Under the pieces are notes generated by a model. The model did not search any database, had not been told where the DNA came from, and worked only from the letters and a program-made list of their open reading frames with translations. 64,000 nt of DNA from an uncultured Planctomycetota bacterium (GTDB lineage: Bacteria; Planctomycetota; Planctomycetia; Isosphaerales; Isosphaeraceae), in the NCBI GenBank assembly GCA_963823665.1, contig CAWGMQ010000006.1, forward strand, positions 800,001-864,000. The letters are read 5' to 3'. The position numbers and the translations under genes are program-made. Positions 12,040-19,832 of the stretch are shown in pieces; positions within the stretch are counted from its first letter, which is position 1, and each line of letters starts with the position of its first letter.

Positions 12040-12097
12040 ATCGAGGTCTTCGAGAGATCGTGGAATGAATCTTCGCTCTGGGCTCGAGGAGGTCACG

Positions 12098-13174
12098 ATG
12101 TCGAGTCGCTGGTTCCCGCGAGACGGTCGTGAGGGTCGGCCTTTGCAGGGATATCCTGGCGAAGGAAGGCCCGCACCGGGACGATTCATCCACATGACGG
12201 CCGCCGCCGCTCTGGTTGTGCTGGCCGGGTTCTGGGCGGCGCAGGACTCCCGGGTCGCCGCCGGAACGGCCCAGGGACAGGCCGGTGCCAAGGCGGATGC
12301 GCCGGTTCCTGCTGAGATCTCTGCGTTCGTGGCGGGCATTGGCGAGCGCATGACGCCGTGTCACGAGCGGATCGCACGCCTGAGCCGCATCGTGCTGGAG
12401 GCGATCCGGGGTGCGGAGCCGGGTGGCTCGGACCTGGACAGCCAGACCAGCAAGGTTCAGGCAGCAGAAGCCAGGCTCTCGAGCGCGAAAATGGCGCGGG
12501 AGTTTGCGGAGCTGCAATTGAAGGAATATCTTGAAGCCGCGGTTCCGCAGGAACAGGCGAGGCTCGAGCGGGAGCTCGGAGAGGCCAAGGATGATTTGAA
12601 CCGAGCGATGAAGCAGCGAGTCAAGGCCATCGAGCGGTGCGCCAAGATCAAGGAACTGTCCAAGGGTTCGGCGTCGGACCTCGAGCTGGAGGATCGGTTT
12701 GAAGACGGCCGGGTTGCTTCCGAGCTTGAGCAGGAACGGGCCCAATTTGCGATCGACCTGGCAAAATCGAAGCTGTTCGTCCTCAAGACGTTCAAGAAGC
12801 ACCAGCGCACGATGGAGCTGAAGGCGGAGATTGAACGGGCCAGTTCGAACGAGCTGGCGGCCAAAGCCGGGCTTTCTCTGGCGGAAGCGCAACTCAAGCG
12901 ATCGCGCAAGGCCGGCGGGGAACTTTCCGAGTCGAAGAAGAAGCTGCTGGGTTTGCTCGATCAAGCACTCGCGGTCGACGAGGGAATTCGGGGCAAGCTC
13001 GTAGAGTTGCGCAAGAATGGAAAAACCGACGCGGGACTACAGAAGGAAATCACGGAGTTGACGAATCAACTGGAGGCAGCGGTGGATCGAGCGGAAGCGG
13101 AGGACGCGCGTGCGCGGTTTGACGCGGTGAAGAATGCGGTTGGCCGGGCAGCGGCGCCCGGGCCGCGATCGTGA
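12098..13174 (+). CDS. Exported coiled-coil protein (one module; paralogue of its neighbours)
   Basis: GAGGAGGT RBS, VPAEISAFVA...CHERIARL...REFAELQLKEYLE...KIKELSKGSASDLELE. Confidence 0.75.
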   Translation: MSSRWFPRDGREGRPLQGYPGEGRPAPGRFIHMTAAAALVVLAGFWAAQDSRVAAGTAQGQAGAKADAPVPAEISAFVAGIGERMTPCHERIARLSRIVLEAIRGAEPGGSDLDSQTSKVQAAEARLSSAKMAREFAELQLKEYLEAAVPQEQARLERELGEAKDDLNRAMKQRVKAIERCAKIKELSKGSASDLELEDRFEDGRVASELEQERAQFAIDLAKSKLFVLKTFKKHQRTMELKAEIERASSNELAAKAGLSLAEAQLKRSRKAGGELSESKKKLLGLLDQALAVDEGIRGKLVELRKNGKTDAGLQKEITELTNQLEAAVDRAEAEDARARFDAVKNAVGRAAAPGPRS

Positions 13175-13195
13175 TGTCGTGATGAGGAGGCCTGT

Positions 13196-14122
13196 GTGAT
13201 TCGGATTCGAGACCTGCGGGTGGATTATGACAACACGTGTGCGGTCGATGATTTGACGCTCTCGGTCGACCCCGGGGAAGTGTGCGGGTTGATCGGGCCC
13301 AACGGCGCGGGGAAGACGAGCACCATGAAGGCGCTCCTGGGCCTCATCGAGCCGACGTACGGCGAGATCGAGGTGATGGGCGTCGACATGCGCGAGCATC
13401 CCGAGGAAGTTTATCGCGTGATGGGATTCATGCCGGATTTCCCGCCGGTTTATGAAGACCTGTATGTCTGGGAGTTCCTCGATCTCTTCGCTGCCAGCTA
13501 CGGCACTCCACGGGCCAGGCGGCGCACGGACGTGGACCGGTATCTCGAGATGGTGGGGCTCACGGAGAAGCGGAAGGCGCTGGTCGTCGAGCTGTCTCGC
13601 GGCATGCGGCAGAGATTGATGCTGGCGAAGACGCTGATGCCCGATCCCAAGGTGCTGCTCCTGGACGAGCCGGCCAGCGGCGTTGATCCACAAGGGCGAA
13701 TCGATTTGAAGAATATCTTGCGCCGGCTGGCGGAAGAGAATCGCACGGTCCTGATCTCGTCGCACATCCTGACCGAGATGGATGAATTTTGCACGTCGGT
13801 TGCGATCATGGAGAAGGGCCGGCTGGTGGTCGGCGGCCGGATCGACGAAGTGAATCAGCAGGTGATGGGTGACAGTTTGATCTCGATCGAGGTGCTCTCC
13901 GAGCCGGAACGGTTTCTGTCGATCGTGGGGGGGACGCCCAGCGCCGGGCCGGTGGAGCACAAGAACGGGACGTACGAATTCCGGTTCCCGGGTAACCCCG
14001 AGGCGGCGAGCAACCTGCTTACGGCGCTGGTTCAGGGGGGCGTGCGGGTGGCGTCGTTCGAGAGGCGGAAGGGCAACCTCGAGGAACTGTTCCTCAAAGT
14101 CGGGTCGAAGGAGCTTTCGTGA
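13196..14122 (+). CDS. ABC transporter ATP-binding protein (ABC-2 type)
   Basis: Walker A GPNGAGKT, signature LSRGMRQR, Walker B LLLDEP, H-loop SSH. Confidence 0.95.
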   Translation: MIRIRDLRVDYDNTCAVDDLTLSVDPGEVCGLIGPNGAGKTSTMKALLGLIEPTYGEIEVMGVDMREHPEEVYRVMGFMPDFPPVYEDLYVWEFLDLFAASYGTPRARRRTDVDRYLEMVGLTEKRKALVVELSRGMRQRLMLAKTLMPDPKVLLLDEPASGVDPQGRIDLKNILRRLAEENRTVLISSHILTEMDEFCTSVAIMEKGRLVVGGRIDEVNQQVMGDSLISIEVLSEPERFLSIVGGTPSAGPVEHKNGTYEFRFPGNPEAASNLLTALVQGGVRVASFERRKGNLEELFLKVGSKELS

Positions 14123-15630
14123 TGGTCTGGGAGCATATCCTGAAGTGGCTCGACAATCCGATCTTCGTCAAGTACCTGCGGTCGCGGCTGCGGTTGCAGG
14201 CGCTTCTGAGCGGGATCGTGGTGGTGCAGGCGCTGTGTCTCTGCATCGCGTGGGCGGGTTTTCAGCTCAACTCGTTTGCGAATGGCGGGGCGTTCGCGAC
14301 GCTCTTTCTGCTCCAGATCATCATCATCATGGCGGTCGGCGGAACGCAGATTGCTTCATCGGTGGGAGCGTGCCGGTCGTCGGGAATTCTCGATTTTCAC
14401 CGCGTCTCGCCGCTGTCGCGCGACGAGCTGACGCTCGGGTTCTTCTTCGGCGCTCCGGTCCGGGAGTATGTGCTTCTGGCGACCACGCTGCCGTACGCGC
14501 TCCTGTGCGTCGGATTTGGCGTACCGAGCGCGCCTGGGCTCATCCAGTTAATGATCGCTCTCGTTGCGTTCGCGTGGCTGTTTCACGGATTGGGGCTCTT
14601 GAGCGCACTATTAGCAAAGCCCCGAGCCGGGACGCGGGGAGGGATCGGGGCCCTCGTATTCCTGGTGATCATGATCTTGTGGATCGGGATGCGGGTGATT
14701 GGCCGCGCCGGCCAGCTCGTGGATATGGATCAGCAGCTCTTGTTCTTTGGCATTTCGCTGCCCTGGCTTGCGGTCGCGCTCTTGTACATCTTCTCGGCGC
14801 TATTCTTTCTCTACCTGGCGGCGCGGAGGCGGATGGGGAGCGAGCGGATTCACCCGCTGTCGAAGGCACAGGGCCTGGCGGCCGTGCTGACGATTTCGAT
14901 CCTCTGTCTGGGCGGAATCTGGAAGCAGCAGTCGTACGATGTCTTGCAGGTTGTCGCGCTCTACTTCCTCGTAGGGGTTTCGATCTTCTCGATCATGATG
15001 GTGACACCGACGCAGGCTGAATATGTGAAGGGGCTGCTGCGCGCCCGGAAGCAAGGGCTCTCGAAGCTTCCCGCCTGGGACGACCTCGCGCTGAACTGGC
15101 TGTTTCTTGCGGGTGCCTGCGCGATCCTGCTCGTGACGGGAACGGTGATCTGGAACGCGGGAGCGAATGCGCCCACCGCCCTGCCGGCTGGCGCGGTGCG
15201 CAATTACCCGCTGGGGGTTGCCCTCGCTGTGCTGGTGGTCGCGTATTTCGGCCTGGGAATGCAGTACTTCTTCCTGCGGTTTGGAGCCAGGGGAAAAATG
15301 TATTTCGGGCTGTTCCTGTTTCTGGCGTGGCTCTTGCCGCTGGTTGCCGGCACGATCTTCATGTTCGCGTCGATCCCGAGGGAAACGAGCCGCGTGGGCC
15401 AGGTGATCTACAGCCTGAGCCCGATCGCCGGGATCGCGATGAGCTCGATTGATGCGGATCAGCCGGTTTTAACAAAAGCGATACAGGGAGGGGCGATCAC
15501 GCCGGCGCTGGCTTACGCGTTCATCTTCAACAGTTTGCTGATCGGCGCGCGCCGGCGAGCGCACAGGGAGTTTGTGGCACGAGCGGAGCTGCCGAAAACG
15601 GCAGTCGATGGGGAGGTGGGAGGCGGCTGA
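14119..15630 (+). CDS. Multi-pass ABC transporter permease
   Basis: Many hydrophobic helices, N-terminal DNPIF...LRSRLR, start overlaps the ATPase stop (GTGA). Confidence 0.8.
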   Translation: MMVWEHILKWLDNPIFVKYLRSRLRLQALLSGIVVVQALCLCIAWAGFQLNSFANGGAFATLFLLQIIIIMAVGGTQIASSVGACRSSGILDFHRVSPLSRDELTLGFFFGAPVREYVLLATTLPYALLCVGFGVPSAPGLIQLMIALVAFAWLFHGLGLLSALLAKPRAGTRGGIGALVFLVIMILWIGMRVIGRAGQLVDMDQQLLFFGISLPWLAVALLYIFSALFFLYLAARRRMGSERIHPLSKAQGLAAVLTISILCLGGIWKQQSYDVLQVVALYFLVGVSIFSIMMVTPTQAEYVKGLLRARKQGLSKLPAWDDLALNWLFLAGACAILLVTGTVIWNAGANAPTALPAGAVRNYPLGVALAVLVVAYFGLGMQYFFLRFGARGKMYFGLFLFLAWLLPLVAGTIFMFASIPRETSRVGQVIYSLSPIAGIAMSSIDADQPVLTKAIQGGAITPALAYAFIFNSLLIGARRRAHREFVARAELPKTAVDGEVGGG

Positions 15631-15704
15631 GATTCTGGGGACGGAGCTCATGAATCGACAGAGTCGCGGGTATTTCCAGGCATGTCATGCCAGGTGCGAA
15701 GCCA

Positions 15705-15736
15705 GAATTGAACAGAAGGTAACGAAGGAAACGAAG
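15705..15736 (+). repeat. Left arm of a 9-nt-periodic inverted repeat
   Basis: gaattgaacagaaggtaacgaaggaaacgaag; its reverse complement matches the intron-split right arm at 25/32 positions. Confidence 0.75.
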
Positions 15737-15871
15737 GGGGGAGCGAAGAGCCTGAAGCGGACGCAGCCAGGAAAGGGCGCGTCGGGGTCTGGATCGTGAC
15801 GAGTACGGCCGTCGGATCGGGAGCGGGAACCATGAATCGAGCGTTCAAAACGGCTGCATTGTCGGGGAATT

Positions 15872-15895
15872 CTTCGTTACGTTTGTTTGCTTCTG
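15872..15895 (+). repeat. Right arm of the 9-nt-periodic inverted repeat (intron 5' exon; continues at 17895-17902)
   Basis: cttcgttacgtttgtttgcttctg|tttgattc once the intron is removed. Confidence 0.75.
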
Positions 15896-17894
15896 GTGCG
15901 TCAGGCTAAGTCTCGCTGATCTTGTCAGTTGAAAGGAACTGCCCATGGCAATTGCTCGTTCACCATGAAGCCGACTCGGCGGCGGTGCGGGCAACCGCGC
16001 CGTCGGAGCCCGAGAAGGCGAAGACGTCAGCCGTAATGCGAAAGCGTGAACCCGTTTCGGCCTCGTTAAACGAGTGGTAGCGGTCAACCGTCCAGAAGCG
16101 GCGAAACCAGACACCATCCGTGAAGCAACGAGCACGTGCAGCGGATGGGCTACCCGGGGTGAGAGGGGATGGCGGGCGTCGACAGATCAGTGAGGAACCT
16201 GAGAGGCCCGGCTTGGCGGTCTGAGATCTGGAAGTGATCTCTGACCAACGACCGACGGGAAACCATAACCGCCGTGCGGCCTGGCCGGGAGTAGGAGGGG
16301 GTCGTAGTAGCGACGATACGGCTAACCACCGTGGAGCAAAGGACCCCTGCCAAATTCACGCTTCATCAGAAGTGAGGAGATCCGCTTGGACAAACGTCCC
16401 ACTACGGAAGAACACGGTGGCCTGACCTGGGACCAACAACTGGCTGAGCCAGAAGTGAAGTCTGGGGTCCTGCTACCGCCGAAAGTCTCTGAACTGAGAA
16501 AGAAGCTAGGTCAAAAGGCCAAGCAGGAGCCGAAGTTCCGGTTCTACGCTCTGTACGACCGGATCTATCGGGAAGACGTGTTGCGGATTGCGGCGACCCT
16601 GGTGCTGAATCACAACGGCGCTGCCGGGGTGGACGGCGTCACCTGTCAGGACCTCGTCACATTGGATGACCCTGCATGGGATGCCTACATACGGCAGTTG
16701 CACGAAGAGCTTCGCACCAAACGCTATCGTCCGCAGCCGGTCAAACGCGTCTATATCCCGAAACCGGACGGCCGGATGCGACCGCTGGGAATTCCCACGG
16801 TCAAAGACCGGATCGTCCAAACGGCGGCCATGTTGATACTCGAGCCGATCTTTGAGGCTGACTTCTTGAACTGCTCCTTCGGGTTTCGTCCAGGAAGGAA
16901 TGCTCACCAAGCGATTGACACGATCCGTCAGCATGTTCCCTCCGGGTTTCGCGAGATCTATGACGCGGATCTGAAATCGTACTTCGACACAATTCCACAT
17001 GATGCATTGATCAAGTGCCTGGAACGACGGATTGCCGCCCGCTCCGTGCTGACGCTGATCCGCATGTGGCTGGAAAGCCCAGTCGTCGAGACCGACGGAC
17101 ACGGTAAGACTAAAGTGACTCGGCCGAAACAGGGGACGCCGCAGGGTGGAGTAATTTCACCGTTGCTGGCGAATCTCTACCTGCATTGGTTCGAGAAGCT
17201 GTTTTATCGTTTCGACGGACCTAGTCGCTGGGCCAACGCCAAACTCGTGCGGTATGCCGATGACTTTGTGGTCCTGGCACGCTATCAATCTCAGCGCTTG
17301 ATCGATTGGATCGAGAATCTGTTAGAGGGACGGTTTCGGCTCACCGTCAACCGCGAGAAAACGCGAATCGTCAAGCTGCATGAACCGGGTCAGAGCCTGA
17401 ACTTTCTGGGCTTTGCGATGCGATACGACCGGGACCTCTTTGGCCGCGATCATCGATATCTCAACGTGTTTCCCTCAGTCAAGTCGATGGCTCGCGCCCA
17501 CGACAGAATCCGAGAGATGACTGGGCCCAGGCTGTGTTTCGTCTCCATCCGAGAGGTGATAGACGGTATCAACCGCTGGACAAAAGGCTGGAGCGGATAC
17601 TTCCGTTACGGCTATCCCCGCCATCGGTTTCGGAACCTCAATAGCTTCATGCTGCTGCGCTTGACGCGTCACTTGCAACGTCGCAGTCAGCGAGCCTACC
17701 GTACCCCGGTAGGCAAGTCAGATTACTTCCACCTGCAGAGCCTCGGCCTGCGGCTCCTGAAATGACTTATCGCTGCCTCCCTGCGAATCGCCTTCGATCG
17801 AGAGGATTTGGGCAAGCCGGATGCGGGAAATCTGCAAGTCCGGTTTGAAGAGGGCGGAGGCGACGGGGTCACACCCGTCCCTCCGCTACTCGAC
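15896..17894 (+). mobile_element. Group II intron (AGC triad, probably IIB-like), apparently full length
   Basis: 5' GTGCG at 15896; domain V aagccggatgcgggaaatctgcaagtccggttt (17814-17846); domain VI stem with bulged A at 17888, 7 nt from the AC end at 17894; candidate EBS1 cagaagc (16093-16099) complementary to exon gcttctg (15889-15895). Confidence 0.92.
16386..17765 (+). CDS. ltrA: Group II intron reverse transcriptase/maturase, no HNH endonuclease domain
   Basis: GAAGVDG, RPLGIPTVKDR, SFGFRPGR, DADLKSYFD, GTPQGGVISPLLANLYL, YADD and X/thumb domain (GWSGYF). The ORF ends just before domain V. Confidence 0.95.
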   Translation: MDKRPTTEEHGGLTWDQQLAEPEVKSGVLLPPKVSELRKKLGQKAKQEPKFRFYALYDRIYREDVLRIAATLVLNHNGAAGVDGVTCQDLVTLDDPAWDAYIRQLHEELRTKRYRPQPVKRVYIPKPDGRMRPLGIPTVKDRIVQTAAMLILEPIFEADFLNCSFGFRPGRNAHQAIDTIRQHVPSGFREIYDADLKSYFDTIPHDALIKCLERRIAARSVLTLIRMWLESPVVETDGHGKTKVTRPKQGTPQGGVISPLLANLYLHWFEKLFYRFDGPSRWANAKLVRYADDFVVLARYQSQRLIDWIENLLEGRFRLTVNREKTRIVKLHEPGQSLNFLGFAMRYDRDLFGRDHRYLNVFPSVKSMARAHDRIREMTGPRLCFVSIREVIDGINRWTKGWSGYFRYGYPRHRFRNLNSFMLLRLTRHLQRRSQRAYRTPVGKSDYFHLQSLGLRLLK

Positions 17895-17925
17895 TTTGAT
17901 TCTGTTGAAATCCGAGACCAACATT

Positions 17926-18330
17926 ATGCATCCGCTCTTTGCCAAAGCTGACAAGCTCTTCAGCGAGGTCATTGGTGCCGCCATTGAAGTGCACCGGATC
18001 ATGGGCCCGGGGTTGTTGGAGAGCATCTACGAGCGTTGCTTGCTGCGCGAGCTCGAGCTACGAGGCATTCCGGCTGTGAACCAGGAAGAGGTGGTCATCG
18101 ATTACAAGGGCGACGTATTCAGGGAGAAGCTGAGGTTCGATCTGCTCGTCGATAGTTGTCTTCTGGTCGAGCTGAAGGCCGTCGAGCACGTCGTGCCGAT
18201 TCACAAGGCGAAGCTGCTCAGTTACATGAAACTGCTGAACATCCCGCTCGGGCTGATGTTCAATTTCCATGAGGTCATGCTCGTCGACGGAATTTCGAGG
18301 CTTATGCTGCCTGGCGCGAACCAGCCTTGA
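17926..18330 (+). CDS. GxxExxY protein (PD-(D/E)xK nuclease-like)
   Basis: IGAAIEVHRIMGPGLLESIYERCL, RFDLLVD, VELKAV, LLSYMKL, GLMFNF. The track ORF (17821) is over-extended into intron domain V; likely ATG is 17926. Confidence 0.92.
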   Translation: MHPLFAKADKLFSEVIGAAIEVHRIMGPGLLESIYERCLLRELELRGIPAVNQEEVVIDYKGDVFREKLRFDLLVDSCLLVELKAVEHVVPIHKAKLLSYMKLLNIPLGLMFNFHEVMLVDGISRLMLPGANQP

Positions 18331-18722
18331 ACGGAAGACTCGCCTGGCCAGAGGATCACGGCGATCAAGGAAACAGTGGCCCCAGTCTGGCGGATCGAGT
18401 TTCGGCGCGGTCTCTTCGTGACGAGTATGGCCGTGAACCACACTTCCATCACGTGGCTACGGACACGCGGATCTCGTCGCGCACCGCCCCAAAGAGGAAC
18501 GGCACATACGGTAGCGCGAACGCCGTGAAGATCTGAACGAACGTTTGGAATTCAACTCGGGGTGGTAAAACCGGCCGTTGGAGTAGACTGCAACGGCCTC
18601 CCAGCCGAAGAACTCCGCGTAGAGGCATTGGATCCCGCCGACCGGACGGGTACAGGTCCGCATTAATCGGAATCGAACTGAGTCGAGCTCAGATGCCAGT
18701 CAGCGCCGCCCGAGCCGGGATT

Positions 18723-19742
18723 CTATTGAACGGCTTTCGGAGTGGAACTGGCTCGAGCGGCGCGGGCCGGTTGTTTGAGCAGGCGGGCCAATGTGTCGTC
18801 GAGCGCTTTGCCGCGGAGGTCGAGCCGGACGATCGTTCCCTCGGGGTCGATCAGATAGACGGCCGGGATTGTGATGACGCCGAATGACTCGACCAGGTCG
18901 GCCCTTGAGGTCCCGTTGTGGATCTGGGGCCAGGGGATGTTCCGCGCTTTCACGAAGTCGGTCACCGCGCCTTTGTTTTCATCGAGGCTGATGCTGATGA
19001 TCTCGAAGCCGGAATCGTGGTAGGTGCGGTAGGCGGCCTGCAGGCGCGGAAGCTCGGCGATGCAGGGCGCGCACCAGGTGGCCCAGAAGTCGATCAGCAC
19101 GTACTTGCCGCGATAAGAGGCGAGGCGCAGCGGGCTGCCCTTCACGTCTTCGGCGGCGAACTGGGGAGCAGGCTTGCCGACCTTGTCCAGCCGTTTGAGC
19201 TCGGCCTGCACCTTCTGCCGCAAGTTGGGGTTGTTACCGAATCGCGCAAGCAGGGTGTTCTGCACCGCCCGGGCGGTGGCGACGTCGCCGGCGGCGACCG
19301 CGGTGGCGGCGAGGTTCTCGGAGAAGCTCGCGGCGAATTCTTCCTGTTCATCCTGGCCGAGGCCCTGCATGAGCACCTTGAAGCGCTCGAGTGCGAGGTC
19401 GAATCGGCCGGCATGCGCGTGGGCCATGGTCTGGATGATCTGCGCGAGTGCCTTGACGGGTCCGTCGGGGTCGGACTTCAAATACTGCCCGGCAAGATTC
19501 TCGACCTCAGTGAACCAGTCGTGCTCGATTGCCTTGTTGAAAAGGGCTGCGTACGCCTGGTCGCGGTCGTGGGCTTGCGGGTTCTGCTGGAGGTATTGTG
19601 CGAGATCATTGATCAAGGCATGATCGTGCCGCGCCTGGATCTCGGCGACTCCCGACGCCTGAGTCTGGGCTCGAGCCGGTTGATCGATGAGCGCGAAGGC
19701 AGCGATGGCGACGGCGGCCCAGTAACTTCCGGTGGTCTTCAT
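18723..19742 (-). CDS. TlpA/redoxin-family thiol-disulfide oxidoreductase, exported
   Basis: Signal peptide, helical N-domain, GKYVLIDFWATWCAPC, IPAVYLIDPEG. Confidence 0.9.
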   Translation of the reverse strand: MKTTGSYWAAVAIAAFALIDQPARAQTQASGVAEIQARHDHALINDLAQYLQQNPQAHDRDQAYAALFNKAIEHDWFTEVENLAGQYLKSDPDGPVKALAQIIQTMAHAHAGRFDLALERFKVLMQGLGQDEQEEFAASFSENLAATAVAAGDVATARAVQNTLLARFGNNPNLRQKVQAELKRLDKVGKPAPQFAAEDVKGSPLRLASYRGKYVLIDFWATWCAPCIAELPRLQAAYRTYHDSGFEIISISLDENKGAVTDFVKARNIPWPQIHNGTSRADLVESFGVITIPAVYLIDPEGTIVRLDLRGKALDDTLARLLKQPARAARASSTPKAVQ

Positions 19743-19832
19743 GGATTGGGTCCTCCAAGTGGGTTTGGCGATCGCTTCCGAACCGGGCGAACGGACAGAG
19801 TTGGTACCTCATGACTCCTGAACGCGCGTTGG

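Noticed and set aside
15649..15840. 10-bp direct repeat catgaatcga (15649 and 15831) as a target-site duplication
   Set aside because: It encloses only one repeat arm and no transposase; it may be chance.
16386..17765. Retron, DGR or defence-type RT
   Set aside because: It is flanked by canonical group II intron ends and domains V/VI and has an X domain; no TR/VR pair or msr-msd is seen.
15705..17902. Bona fide integron attC site
   Set aside because: The cores deviate from RYYYAAC/GTTRRRY, the rebuilt element is about 200 bp, and there is no integrase or cassette array. Kept only as an analogy.
18331..18700. Small ORFs or a gene remnant after the GxxExxY gene
   Set aside because: Short, motif-less and inconsistent between frames; cannot be supported.
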